Made by a program: the position numbers and the translations under genes. A model generated the notes under the pieces. It saw only the letters and a program-made list of their open reading frames with translations, was not told the origin of the DNA and made no database searches. 64,000 nucleotides of DNA from Phoronis australis. Taxonomy: Eukaryota > Animalia > Phoronida. Numbering within the stretch: the stretch's first letter is position 1; each line of letters starts with the position of its first letter. Below are positions 1 through 13,200 of the stretch, piece after piece. The stretch spans positions 876,369-940,368 of the forward strand of contig NMRA01000070.1 of NCBI GenBank assembly GCA_002633005.1, given 5' to 3'.

Positions 1-1628
1 CCCCCCTACCCTGGGTGCACGCATGCCTTGTTTTCAGTCTCCGGTACCGTTCCATCGCAAGTACACCTCGTTGACTCAATGTTATAGCGACTTTGTGAAT
101 GAAAGGACTGATGGTAAACGGAGCTGTTCTGTACCTGGCGGTTGATTCGATTTCATTGAAGCGCCTTTATGACCTTGCCTATAAGTAGTAATCAAATATC
201 CATAAACAACTATTCTGCTAAATGCTTTTTCTCGCTACGCAGTATATAGTTTGTATTTGTTAAGTTCACCGAGAATGAAGATAAAATATTTTACTAGACA
301 CATGTGAAATGTTGTAAAAATGGCCATTTTTTGTTAATAAGATTTGAGATATCCTTAAGTCCGGTCCGAAAGGGGAAACATGCGTCAGGGTGAAACGTAA
401 GCAAATGGGCGTTAAGTTGACAAATCTTTCAGACCGGTATTCTAAATAAACAATTACTACTTTGACGCAAGCCGCGTTAACGAACTGTGTCCGAATCGGC
501 ATCGATGTTTCGATTGTCAAGCTTCACGACCCTGCTTTACTAAAAATTGGGAGTTATTTTCAGTGTTTTCAAAATGGTTGGTTGATCATGATTCGAGTAC
601 GTCGTGTTGATTTAGTGCCGTGAGCTCTCAAATAATTAAACAATGTATAGGAAGAGGGGCTTTCTTGTTTAAACCGACAGGCTTCAGTAAAATCATTCAG
701 TTCACTGTTTTCTGTATTAGCACCCGACCTTTTTCCTGAATTCCCACGGCGGGATTTTGTTTTCATGAGACGCGGTTTGCAACCAAGTGTGAAAATGATA
801 ACCATGAGTGCTTGTCACTCACCCGAGTGAAGACTCGTTCCCTCCTAAACCCTAGGCACTCTCCAGTAGAGCTAGACTGATCACGTGCTTTTCACAGTGG
901 TACACGACGATGTTTCATCAGAGGTCTCGTTTTTTACAAGGAACATAAACATGTATTTGTACTGGTATATTCTCAGAGTCTTTGTGTCCTTTTGCTCAAG
1001 TGAGAGAGAGTGTTCAGAAAACTTTTGAGGAATGCAAGAGCAAATTACTGAATGAAGACGAAGTGGACAGATGAATTCAAACGCTATTGATAATTTCATT
1101 ATCATGATGTGTCGCCAACCTAACTGACACGGAGGCACTTTGGTCATCTTGGGACATCACTGATGGAAAGCATACATGTAATTTTCTTTCAATCGCGTAT
1201 CAAAGTTTTGCCCTCATTTCAATTCGGGAGGCAGTTCGAAAATTTAGAAATTAAGCTTAGGTTTTATCTACCAACGCCAGTGACATAGAAAAACATACAA
1301 CAAGATATTGGCAGAATTGTTGCTGACGCTGTTTATTTTTCCGATTTCGAGGATTCAAGTCATCAAAAACGGTCATTTTCTACGTGCGTCTACGCCCCAC
1401 CACAGCACTGGTCATACTTAGTTAGTTTGCTAAATGTCGCGAGTGTAAGAAGTTATTGAGAGGCTGAGACGGCTTTTTTGAATTTTGGCAACGGCCAAAA
1501 GGTATAAAGTAAATGTCAGTTCGTTTTGTTAATGAGTTTTATATTACCTACTATGCACGAGTTAGCTTTATTTTCCTGGCCACAAGTTATGTTTAATGTT
1601 TTTGAACGCAAATGTCTTACTGATCAAA

Positions 1629-1905
1629 ATGCCCCATGTGGCCGGCGTACCCCCGCCGTAACCCGGGGATAGGCGGGATACCTGGCCAATTTTTCTTAGG
1701 TCAAAATCGATGAAATGTCCATGTAGCCGGCATACTCCCGTCGTAACCCGGGAAAAGGGGGAACCCCTGATCAATGTTTTAATGAAAGTCAACATCATTT
1801 AAATGCCCATGTGGCCATCGTACCTAAGCAGTAACTCGAGTATAGGGAAACCTCTGCCCAAACTTGTTAGGTCATAATAAAACCCATGTTGGCTGACATC
1901 CTCTC
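1629..1905. repeat. Degenerate tandem repeat, roughly 80-90 bp period, 3-4 copies
   Basis: Recurrent (at)gcccatgtggccggcgtac...gtaacccggg units near 1629, 1715, 1803 and 1882. Confidence 0.6.
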
Positions 1906-2010
1906 CACGTTGCTACATGACCTTGGAATGTTGATCATTTGTTCTTTCTTAAGGCAAACGTCTTATCTTATAGTACATTATGAAAAGGATCAGTGCATAA
2001 CATGAAAAAT

Positions 2011-3230
2011 AACAAGAGCAACGCGGAGCGTTGAAATGCGCCCACGAATGTATTGCAAATGGTGTGCTTTTAAGATTTGTTTATTTGTATCATAAAAATG
2101 GAAACTAGATGGCGCAAAAACATACAATCCATCCAAAAACAGAAACATGCCATATTTCATAAAAATCTGTCACGGAACTTCAGAGAAACAAAGGAAAACA
2201 GAATAAAATGAAATTGCCACCACGATGGATCCGCCTGAACGTGGTCGTCGTCTGTTGTTATCTTCATATAAATACACTTACTAAATTTAGTAAAGATCCT
2301 GCAGTGGGTTAAGAGATACAACTATGGGCGCAAAACAAAATTACCACTAGGAGGCGCCACAGTAATCAGTCACCATCATCAAAGGTCGTCTTCACACTGA
2401 GATCATATATGCCAATTTTCAAATGATTTGGTTGATACAGGGATGGACACCAAAAACAAGATTTGAAAACAGCAAAAATGGCCACTAGGTGGCGCAAAAT
2501 ACCTCAATTCCTTCCAAAACCAGGCAGATAGTATCATCACACCAATAGATGCCTATATTTAAAATTTTATGAAAATCTGTTGAGGGCCTTTGAAGATACT
2601 GAGTTAAACGTAAAAAACTAAAATTGACACTAGGGGGCATTGCAGTAGTCAAATCTGTCTGAAAGTCGTCGTCATCCGTAGTCAACATCACATAAATGCA
2701 CTAGCTAAATTAAGTAAAGATCCTGCGAACGGTTTAGGAGATACAGCCATAGGCGCAACAAAAACAGAACTGCCACAAGGAGGAGCCACAGTAGTCGAAA
2801 TATTCGGAAATCATCGCCAACTGTCCTCTTTATAGTAAGCACAAACATGCCAATTGTCACAATCACTCTTTGAGCGGTTTGGTTGATAGAGGGGTGGACG
2901 CAAAGCAAAACAGACTCGAAAACAGTAAAATGGCCACTAGGTGGCACAAACTATGTCGAATCCATCCGAAAACGGGAGGATAGCGTCATCTCACTAATAG
3001 GTGCCTACATACCCAATTTTATAAAAATCCGTTAAGGACTTTTGAAGATACAAAGGTAAGCTCATGCCGTCCCATTCATGAATGGAACACATATGTATAT
3101 GCCAAATTTCATGAACGTATGTCAAAAGGTGTTAGAGATTGAGCAGCGGACGCCGGACGAACGCCGCCCGGACAGACGGACGGAGATGACAGCATATGTG
3201 TCCACATATAAATATGTGGGCGCATAAAAA
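2011..3230 (+). mobile_element. Non-autonomous Helentron/HINE-like element with internal satellite-like repeats
   Basis: Starts AACAAGAG. Subterminal inverted repeat ATGCGCCCAC (2036-2045) / GTGGGCGCAT (3216-3225). Internal repeats built on gccactagg(t/a)ggcgc; (GGAC)-type microsatellite at ~3148-3185; 3' hairpin ccacatat-aa-atatgtgg followed by an A-run. Confidence 0.7.
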
Positions 3231-4441
3231 GTTCGGTCCATATAACCGTGTACTTTTATCAATTGCGGGTGTTAGGAAAGAGAAAGTATTTGATTAATAA
3301 GTTTTGAAAATGGCTAAAAGTTTTCAGGTGCTTTAGCCATTTTGGCTAAAACCCTGAAAGTCTAGCACGGGCCAAGAAAATTAACTTTTAATCTCACTCT
3401 AGATTGGATGCTTTTTGCCAGAATATGAAACTTGCCCACATCGAATTACTTGGTTTACAACCAAGAGTAGCACTGACTGAATAGGTAATCACCCTGAACA
3501 CATAAACACAAGTACTTTATATACATGCAAAAATAAAGTAAATTGTCAGGTGAAAGCACTCACTAAATGATCTACTCCTAGTGGTCTGAATGGGAAAACC
3601 TCTTGCAATAGATTAAAAGTACGAAGGCTCAATTCTGAATCTGTTATGAGTGATGTCACTAAGTACTGGCAAGGCTGATAGGCAACGAGACCGCGGTCGT
3701 GTTTCATCATAATGATACATCAGGTGATGTGCCCTTCTCCACAAGATAAAGATTTGCCTGCGACTGAGGTGAATTTGCACTGATGATGCAACTTCAAAAA
3801 ATAGCTGTCCCAAAAAGAATTTAAGGAGACATCGTCTCATTTAATTAGATTTTAGCATTTTGATCAACATCACAGCATCGATTTTATTGTTTAAATTGGA
3901 ATGTATTTCAATTTAATGATTTTCTTTAGTGACCCTGTTGGCCACAAATCATCGAATCAAATGGTCTTAAAAGTTACAAGCAAACTAATCCAGTTCGATC
4001 TTTGCCTTCACAAAAAACTCCACTGCATATCAAATACAAACACTATGATTTTATAAATTAACTTATTATTTACATAGTTTGGGAGTGATTCACAGGCAGA
4101 CACATCTTTTTGAGTAATGTAGTCAACAATTTAATATTCACTTGACTAGTGCCCAATCGTCAACACATGTTGCAAAGACGTCTCTTGACAGGCTTACATG
4201 TCCAAGATGCCACTTGTTGGCAAGCCTTCTGTCAATGGTTTTGGCTAACATTTTCCTGTATGACAGCTTCCCACATGCTCACATGTAAAGGTGGTAAAAT
4301 AAATAGGCACCCAGCATTCTCGTCGCCTTCTAGGAGTTACTTTGCCTCAGGAAAAATCCAACAAATCGAAGAAGGAAATATCTGGTCTCTACTTAAAAGG
4401 AACACTAACCAGTCCATAAAAATACACTTTAAATACATTGC

Positions 4442-7400
4442 CTACATATCTGGTTTAGGGGTCTGTTTTTTATCACTCTCACTGTCAACGTTAGGTGTCC
4501 TTCTAGTTTCACGTTCATCAACATCATCGTCAACAAGCATCTTGGGTAATTCTGGGTTACTGTCATCAACAAAGTCATAATCTCTTGCTGATGAATATGG
4601 ATCTGTGCCAGGTATCATCATAATTTCTCCACTGAATTCGTTGGGAAGGTATGATGGTGGTATGAATGCTCCTGCCACGTACCTCCCTTCAGAGTTGAGA
4701 AAGTTAAATGTGGACAAAGCCTGATCCTACCGAAGAAAGGGAGAACAGGACACAAACATTTGAACAGTCAACAATAGTTGTGAAACAGTGCAATTTTAAT
4801 GATATCCAAGAGTACTTGTAACATCTCTAAGGAGCAATAGTTTTCCAAATAAATTGGTCAGAACAGATGAAAATTCCACAAAGTTTTCATCAAAAAAGTG
4901 GCTAAGCGATGAAGCGTTCATTTTATTTTGACTAGAATGCACTTCAAATCTTGATGCAATCTCCACAGGTGCTGCCCATGCACTTCGTTGAAATCGTGAC
5001 AAATCACAAGTCCATTAGTAAATAAAAAACAAAAGACTAAGCAGCAGACTAAATCGTGACAAAATGCTTTTCCATTGACACAAACCTTCGGATAGTAATC
5101 CTCGCAAAGTTTGTCTGCTTTCAAAGTGTGACATTGTTCTGTTGAAGTATGCCTACATGTAGCTCAATTCAAAAACTACCAACACATTTTCAAATAAAAT
5201 GAGAGTTCTCAAGTCTCAATTTTATGCTCAGTTTACTTTTAAGAGGATGCATGCAATAGATAGATTAAAATGTAATTATGGTGATTTCACTTAAATCCCC
5301 AATTTGGCAAACTAATGTGTTAATGAGCAGTGACTAGCTTTCAAAAACCTATGCCATAAGGGATAAAGGGCACACTCCCACGGAATATTACATTCTCCAA
5401 TTAGATATTTGAGTTCCCCACGGCAGGTTTCTTTACTTGCACCACCTAACAACACCAATATGACATAAACAAACACATTTGCGACATGGAGTTTTTATAC
5501 CGAACGGTAACTTTAAGGTAACTGTGAACCTTGTGCTTCTGTGCAAATATCTTAAATTCTGTTAGCTCTAACCCCTACAAAGTACATATTTTCTGAAAGG
5601 TGAATAAATATCATAACAAAATTTACTAGTCTCATTTACTTGTCTTATTTTTTTACAAGACGTGCGTTTTTTAGTATAAAATGTTCCTCCAAAAATATTG
5701 ATCTTTTGTCAACATGTTGATAATGGCATTTCCGAGGGAACCATGTCTCAGATTTTCAATTATTGACTTTTTAGAGCAATTTGAGCAAAAACGGCCATAG
5801 TCTTGATTTTTGAAGGCTTCATTCCAAAAAGCTAAGGCCTATTAAAAATCTGAGACAGTTCCCTCGAAAATGCCATTATCAACATGTTGACAAAGGATCA
5901 ATATTATTGGTGAAACAATTTTGTTAAAAACTCTGTTTAAAGTCAAAAATAATTTTACTAAAAGACGCTTATCTCGTGAAATAATAAAGACAAATACATG
6001 TAAATACTGTTAGTAGGAAAAAAATTGTTGTGAAATTTATTCATCTTACAGAAAATAGGTACTTTGCAGGGGTTAGAGGGAACAGGATTTACGATATTTG
6101 CATATAAGTACAACCTGGTAAACACAGTTCACAATTACCTTAACGTGCATCTTAAGTCCATTACCAAAGATCCTTCATTCACTAGTCACAGTCTAACTGT
6201 TGTATTGTACACTACATTATACGGCTATAGCCAGGCTTGGCGGGACTGTAAACCCTCCATAACCCTTACCCTCCGCATGCTCTGTGGGACTTTAACCCCC
6301 CAGGTTCTGCGGGACTTTAACCCCCCAGGTTCTGCGGGACTAACCCCTCATTACTCTTTTCCTTCCCCAGACTCGGTGCGACTTACCGTTGGCAGTACTT
6401 CCATATTGATCTTTTTGCTCCTCATAAATTGCAGAATTTTCAAATCTAGCCGGTTCGATTGATCGCCAATACCCAATACCAGAATATCTGCAGAAAAAGA
6501 CAACAATGTCTGTATTTCTGACTAAAGATATACAGAGAATAAAATTCCAAGGCTTCACTCAATGACTTACAGAAGTGAATCAAGTTAATCCTTCACAAGA
6601 CATCAGATTTAATGAACCCAATCCTAGTTTATGTTCAAGTGTAATCAATTGTTAGCAGTGTACACAAATGTTGAGTATCAATTTCTAAGTTTAAGGGTAT
6701 GGTTCAAACTCACTGTGTCTACAGAAAAAGAAAAGAACAGTGAACTACTTCAGCTCCACCTGTTGGACATTGTCACTCATCTTGGTGAAGTACTCAATCA
6801 AAAATATGAATGGTGAACTGGTGTTAAAAATTAACTGTCTTCACATTCAAGTGTATTAATTACTCCATGGTCTTCTCGCTCCTTGTTTAAATTGAAATTT
6901 GTTACACTAAATTGCCTGGAACCTCCGTCCCCGATGGAAGCTGAAACTATGCCACAAGAATCTCAGTGGGAATGACCTGAAGCAAAACGTTGATAAGAAA
7001 ATTATTTTCTATCTCAGTGAGGAACTAGGAGGCATGGATTTTATGACGGCACGTGGCATAAGAAAGTTATTTTTGACAGGAGGTCTGGGTTTATTGCCCC
7101 TTTAAAAATTGTCCTTCTAAAGACGTAGAGCTATGTTACTCCCTCTGTTGGAGAATAGTAACGGCCAGATTCCCTCAAAAATCACATTACCATCTGTCAG
7201 AGTGTTCCAGAACAAGTGCAGAGCAACTTAAACCTGATGCGATGCTTCTCTTCACCGAAGGATGAAAGTTTGACATCCCTGAAATTGTTGTTCAGAGCAC
7301 AAGCAGAATCGGCCAGTTAGTACTCTCCACATTTTAGAAGTTTAGAAGACAAAGTTTAAAGATTTCTCAAGGTGTGTTTTGATTTTGCTTTTTTTAACAC

Positions 7401-10400
7401 CAAGGGGGCCTGTCTGAAGAAAAAAAGTTGAAGTACATGACTATCAAATAACCTGATGCAAGGGTGATCTTCTCTTTAAAAACATGTTGTATTTATAGTT
7501 TAAAAAGTAGAATAATGTCACATCAGATATTGTGAGTTTATAAAATTGTGTAGTACATGTAAAATAACTTACTGTGTATGAAAATGATTAATTTATATTT
7601 GTAATCATATGTCATTGTAATTGTAACATCAGTTTTTTAAATTATGTATTTGTGTATTGTAAGTGCCGACACACTCTCTTTAGTAGTTTGACTTTGTTCG
7701 CCATCTGTTGGTGGTTTTGGTGTTTGTGATGCAGCTTCTACCACGTTTATTTTCCACGTGACTTCAATAGTATTTTGCATATGTGAGACTGTTTGGCAGA
7801 TCATGGTTTGGTAGCTGTAACACGCCACTTTGGCTCATTCGTATTTCAACGTCCTTACCGATAAGTTTAGTATATTCCGGTTTAGTCGTGATTTTATGCC
7901 GCAAATTGGTGTAAGTATGTTGAACCTAGCATTGTTGTATAGTCTCAGAACTTCAACGTAATTGTAACGGTAACGCATATTCTGTACCTTAAATTACCAT
8001 TGCCTCAAGTAGTTTACTAATAATCATTTCAGCACAGTAGATATTTCAAATCCGAAACTTGGTCAAGCACTCACTCCACCTACAGTGAAATCTCACCAAT
8101 TAACGACACAATATGACTGAAATTTTACATTATAACACAGGTTTTTTACAACATAGTATAACATAGAACCATGTTCAAGTTTTATACGATATCTACCATC
8201 ACATAGAATTTCGAAAACTTCTGACCACCGAGAACAACTGTTAATTGCTCGTGCCGATACATTAAATTAATGACTGTTACCCATAGGCAGCCTAACTACA
8301 CTCGAGAGCCTAGCTTTTAGGCCTATCTTTCTTCACCTGGTGGCGGGGAGGGTCACATGCAAGGAGGTGTAAGTGGCAGGTAACCCGAACGCTAGGCTCT
8401 CAGGTATAAGTAGGTCCCTGATAGGTAACAGTTATTATTTCAATGTAAGAAGACTTTGAAAAATGAGAGAAGGGAAATTTCGGCAATTAGATTTGTGCAC
8501 AACAGCTGCTTGCTCCCCATCACGTTTAAATCAGGGACTCGACATGTCTTTTACAGATAAGCAACCAACAAAGACTTCGTTTAAGAAAACAGCAATTGTG
8601 TTACTTGATGTTTTTCTTTCAGAAACCGTTTAAACTTGATGAGAGTGCGCCTGAGTTTGGAGGCTCAAAAAGTTGCACCTTCAAACTTTAATAGCGTGTA
8701 AAAGTTTAAGATCGCATATCACAACCCAACTACCAGTTAAAAGCTCCACCAAAAGAATACAAATAAGTTGTACGTACCGAACAGGGAGGGTTAACTTGCC
8801 TATTTCAGTGGCTACATTTTGAGAACCATATAAATGCCCATTATTCAGTGGAGAAACTGGTTCTCAAAGTGCGGGCACGTTACATGTATATCCAAGTATT
8901 ACCGCGTGATGAATTATTTCATAACACAAATGCAAAAATCAAACTCAAAACAAGACACTCTAAATTTAGAAGTTTTAGAGAAAGAGATGGTGTAACTTCA
9001 AAACTATCTTTTTAGCTAGCAGGCAGGATTAGGTGTGCATGAGCGTGCATGCATGGCAGCAGGTCCTTTTGTAAATGTTTTTTGTTCTTCAATAAATATT
9101 TAAAAACTCTCCATAGAATTATATGCATTCCTGCATAATACTCAAACTATTTGAAATTGTCAGTGGGATGAAACACGCTTCATTTAACAAACAAAATAGT
9201 AGCATGGCTGGAGGCAGAGGCTGTGAATAACTTCCAGCAATAAAGTATGAGTCAGAAAGAGCAATAACATGGTGACAAGTGGAAGAAAATGCAAGGATAA
9301 CCATACCTAGTTTTGGTTCCAGCATGTAGAACAAGGAAAGAGATTTCTCATTAATGTCCTCGACTCCCGACACCTGAAGAAAATAATATTAAACAAGTGG
9401 GTAACATCAAACACAAGGGCAGCCATGTCACATCCAATGTTGGTGAATCCTTGTTTTTTCCCAGGTTTGATTGGTTATAATATGTTTAAATAGAGAAGAT
9501 TTTACGAGTTTTCAAATGATTTTGAATTGTTTCCAAGAACGCATTGATTGCCAATATTTAAGACCTGTGGACATGATGGCTTAAATGCTAAGAAATTGTT
9601 AACAGAGAATGCATACTACACATGACTATGACAACTTTTGTACAATGAACAAAGATCACGATTCGTTTCGATGTATAACATTCAAAAGATTTAGTTCAAT
9701 TTGAATCTTTTACGTTAAAACTGTGACCTTATTCACCAAACTTGGTTTCAAGAGCTTTATGGGGTTCAACTATTTCATAAATAACTGCCAATGTGCGTGG
9801 GTACAGAAACGTGGTAAGGGTTCTCAGTAGGAACATACAAAATCAAGATCAAAGAAAATTTACGAACCCCATTATGGCCATAAAAAATCCAGCATCATAT
9901 TTAGAATCTTTTCCACTATCAACTTGGACTGAAGTTATTCGTTAATCAGATGTGGAACAATTTCTGTGCTACAGAAGAACTGACAGTGTAGTAGTGCTTA
10001 AGAACATGACAAGCTAACTTTTCAAACTAAATCTCTAACAATCCCAAAACTAGAAATGATTTTGTGGCTTTGGAAGAATTGAAAATACACAAAAAACTAT
10101 TACTGAGCATATAAACCTGGTGTTTGTGGCAAACAGGTTGTCCAAACAATAAGGCTACCACACCCATCATAGTGCTTGACACAGGTGAAAATGTCTACTC
10201 GAAAATATGAATGATGACATATCTGCCACCCATATTCCTGGAACTGAGCTCATAATAAGTCCCGAGCAAAAAAAATGCAGCACGTCAGCCAGGCGCCCGT
10301 CCAAGTGGGGCCAATTTCTTACTTGCATTTCATATTTTAGTTTTTGCACTCACATTTTCAACCATTTCAACTGCCTATGTCAAGTATTGCATGAACATAG

Positions 10401-10857
10401 TTCCACATATGAAGCGTAGCACACAGGAACAATACTTAGTTCCTTGACTAGCAAGCAGGGATCATTAACTGTAATTACATAGCTACTGACTCACTAAAAC
10501 TGCTCACTGACTGCACAGCAAATTAGACATAAAAATTACTTTTCATGCACTCTATAAGGAATGCAGTTACAGATTTTTGTGAGCATAAGTCATATTTTGT
10601 AAGCTGTGGATGAGCCGTTCTTGCTTGAACTCAGTCTACAATTCTACTGTTATATACATACATTCCACTGTAGCACAGTTCTTGGGAAGAGAACGCATGG
10701 TCCCATTACTTGCATCCCATTGTTCAGTCGAAAGCCAAGCTCGCTGTATGTGTCAACAAACAGGACATCCTGGTTTCTGTTGAGAATATCCAGTGAAGTT
10801 GACTTAAATTCAAAGCCATCCACACCTGTGTCATGACTGACTAGACGTACCGAAGGT
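4442..10857 (-). CDS. NDUFAF3: NADH dehydrogenase 1 alpha subcomplex assembly factor 3 (Mth938/DUF498 domain); spliced, exons 10662-10857, 9307-9373, 6387-6487, 4442-4726; 5' exon(s) not resolved
   Basis: Exons join in phase across GT-AG introns to give ...LFVDTYSELGFRLNNGMQVMGPCVLFPRTVLQWN|VSGVEDINEKSLSLFYMLEPKL|DILVLGIGDQSNRLDLKILQFMRSKKINMEVLPT|DQALSTFNFLNSEGRYVAGAFIPP... This matches recalled NDUFAF3 motifs (GFxxNxxxxxxGP, ILVxGxG, A.STFNFLxxEGR.VAxAxIPP). Stop TAG at 4442-4444. Confidence 0.93.
5513..6143. mobile_element. Palindromic non-autonomous DNA transposon (Kolobok-like, TTAA-flanked) in an NDUFAF3 intron
   Basis: Ends are TTAA-GGTAAC...ATTACC-TTAA. Arms are inverted copies over ~250 bp, e.g. 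ttgtcaacatgttgataatggcatt / aatgccattatcaacatgttgacaa and ctctaacccctacaaagtac / gtactttgcaggggttagag. Confidence 0.75.
6285..6346. repeat. 25-bp minisatellite next to NDUFAF3 exon 6387-6487
   Basis: gggactttaaccccccaggttctgc repeated about 2.5 times. Confidence 0.8.
8258..8447. mobile_element. ~190-bp hairpin MITE in an NDUFAF3 intron
   Basis: tacattaaattaatgactgttacc pairs with ggtaacagttattatttcaatgta; inner gagagcctagc pairs with gctaggctctc. Confidence 0.65.
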
Positions 10858-11389
10858 CTAAAATGAAAACAAACAAGAGCAATCAATTACACAGTTGGAC
10901 CATATCTTTGCAACTTGCTGTCACTCACAAAAATTGAAAAAAGTATCCACTTTGTCATCAACTATATTAAATATTATTTAGGCAATGATTTTCGAATGGC
11001 AGTGGCCCCTCCTAATGGCAGTTTTTTGCATCCATAACTGCATCTCAAAAACCCTCTTTACAATCTTTAACATGTGTATGAACATGAAGTTGACAATGGC
11101 CGCTGACGATATTCAAGCATATCCAACGAAGGTCATACCCCTAGTGGTTATTTTAATTTTTGCATTTTTCTCTTTACCTTTACAGTTTTTTTACAGAGTT
11201 ATATAAAAAAATTGTAAAAATAGGCTTCTTTTAACGAGGCAATGACATATACCATTTTCAGATGGATTTCACATAGTGCAAGTCACCTAATAACCGTTTT
11301 CAGCTTTTTGAGTCTGCTTCTGACATCAGCCTCTCTATCAGACAAACCATTATAAGGATGATTATGAAAATAGGAATATACATTCATTT

Positions 11390-11530
11390 GTATGCTCCTA
11401 CTGGGAAGGAGATGGCTGGCGATGAATTTTCGATGGCTCCAACTAATGTGGCGCCCCAAGTGGCAGTTTTGTTTTTGCAGATCTGTTGCTTTATCTCCTA
11501 TGGGACTCTGTTGATCAGCAATGATTCAAT
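11390..11530 (-). repeat. Fragment related to the core repeat of the 2011-3230 element
   Basis: Reverse complement reads ggagataaagcaacag...aactgccacttggggcgccacattagt...aaattcatcgccagcc, matching 2737-2830. Confidence 0.55.
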
Positions 11531-12584
11531 ACCACTAAAGAGACTGGAGACTTTGGCAGCAACAAAAAGGTATAAAACAGTGGAGATGCCAAAATGGAAA
11601 GAGTAGACATAATGATTTCCGTCAAAGAAGAATAACACTTTCAAAAAGTATAAAGAGGAAGCACTGCTTCTGTGAACATTAAGGAGAACCTCGAGCAAGT
11701 GCTCCTCTCAACACTAAAACCTTCCTCCACAATGAATACATCTTTTAACTCAAGTCAATCCCGCAGCACACATGTGTGTGTCAAAGAGGTATGTAATTAA
11801 ACTGCAATGAGATTGCACGTGTTTAGGTCGCGGATTCATTGAAACAACGCAACTTTGCAGGCACCAGATTCCATTTCATAAATGATTTTGTTGGGATCAG
11901 AGCTATGCTCTAGTACAGGAACTTTAACCAGCAGCTCATCATGACACCAGATCCTATGTAGAAGATAAACAAGACCGATCAAATATGGCCGACAAGTAGG
12001 CTAGTTCTTATTGATTAAAATTAACGGGACAGCTAAGAACACACTTCAAATCTGTAATTACAGGTCTCAATGCTTAACTTGAAGACCCAAACCATTAAAT
12101 ACTTGTAAATGAAATCATCTGTTGTATGCGATATTCCACAGCCCATTCGTGGATTAAAGATGGTTACCGCTGATTTCGCTCCAATGCGCCTGCTCAAGAT
12201 CACCTCGCACCAAATGAAACTAATGTGCATGGCGTAGTTATTTGGGAATGCCGTTAATTTGGCAAAGACACGAATTGGAGATGGGCAGGCTATACGAATG
12301 ACGGGTAGCATTTGTAGGTTTTTAGTGTTTCCAAATAACAGCCTTGTAATACTTTATAAAGAGCATGCACATTTGACTCTAAAAACACAGAAGTGGATGA
12401 ACATAAGTAGGTTGTGATTTACAGCTGTTCCAAAAATATAAGTTCTAATATTCATTTTTGTGACCCTTATCATAACTTGGCGTGTTACCAAGATCAGACG
12501 GTTCCCTAATGGTTGTGTCTCCACTTAAACAAAAATCAAGGTAAGCAGCGATACCTGTAATTACAGATTTGAATTGTACCACTC

Positions 12585-12623
12585 ACTCATTTTAATAAAA
12601 ACACTCAGCAGCCCGTCGGCCAT
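12585..12623 (-). CDS. Possible first exon of NDUFAF3 (MADGLLSVFIKM...)
   Basis: ATG in aatATGGCCG context at 12623, followed by a GTGAGT donor. The consensus donor gives phase 1 while the next exon needs phase 2, so this exon may be UTR or another exon is missing. The ORF at 12311 (MLPVIRIACPSPIRVFAKL, presequence-like) is an alternative. Confidence 0.25.
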
Positions 12624-12772
12624 ATTGGATCGCTCTTGTATACTTTCTATATATTACAGTACATATTGGTGCTGATGAGAGTGCCCGGGGTTCTACCAGA
12701 AAATTAAAAACACAATTGGTTACGAGGAGCCCACAATCATTAGTCAGTATACTATGCCAAAGCGCATGCGGC

Positions 12773-13200
12773 AACATGGTGTCCCAATATTTAGGTTCTC
12801 TGAGGGCTTACTGCTAATAGTCCGATACATGAGCTTCTGCCACTACTGTTTATTGAGTGGGAGTAATATCAATTTCACCTATCTGACTATTACCGGCTTA
12901 CTAGTTGTGTTCTTTAAAGATCAGTCAGAACATAAATACTATACATCTGAAAACGACTTTGCATCAAATAAACGCAGAGACTTACAAGACGAGACAAGTG
13001 ATTACCCCCCTCCAGTGAGCACCCCCACCCTACCCGGTTGCACCTCTCCAGTAGCCACCCCCACCCCCCGGTATCACCCCTCCAGTACGTGGTTAGTCAG
13101 TTTTCTGCGGTGTGGCGTATGGAGAAACATGGTGTCCGATACTTAGGTTCTCCGAAGGGTTGCTTGTTGTGTTTTTTAAAGATCAGTCGGAACATAAATG
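12773..13200. repeat. Local direct duplications flanking a C-rich ~35-bp tandem array
   Basis: aacatggtgtcc.ata.ttaggttctc at 12773 and 13126; taaagatcagtc.gaacataaat at ~12914 and ~13177; ctccagt...acccccaccc units at 13000-13087. Confidence 0.6.
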
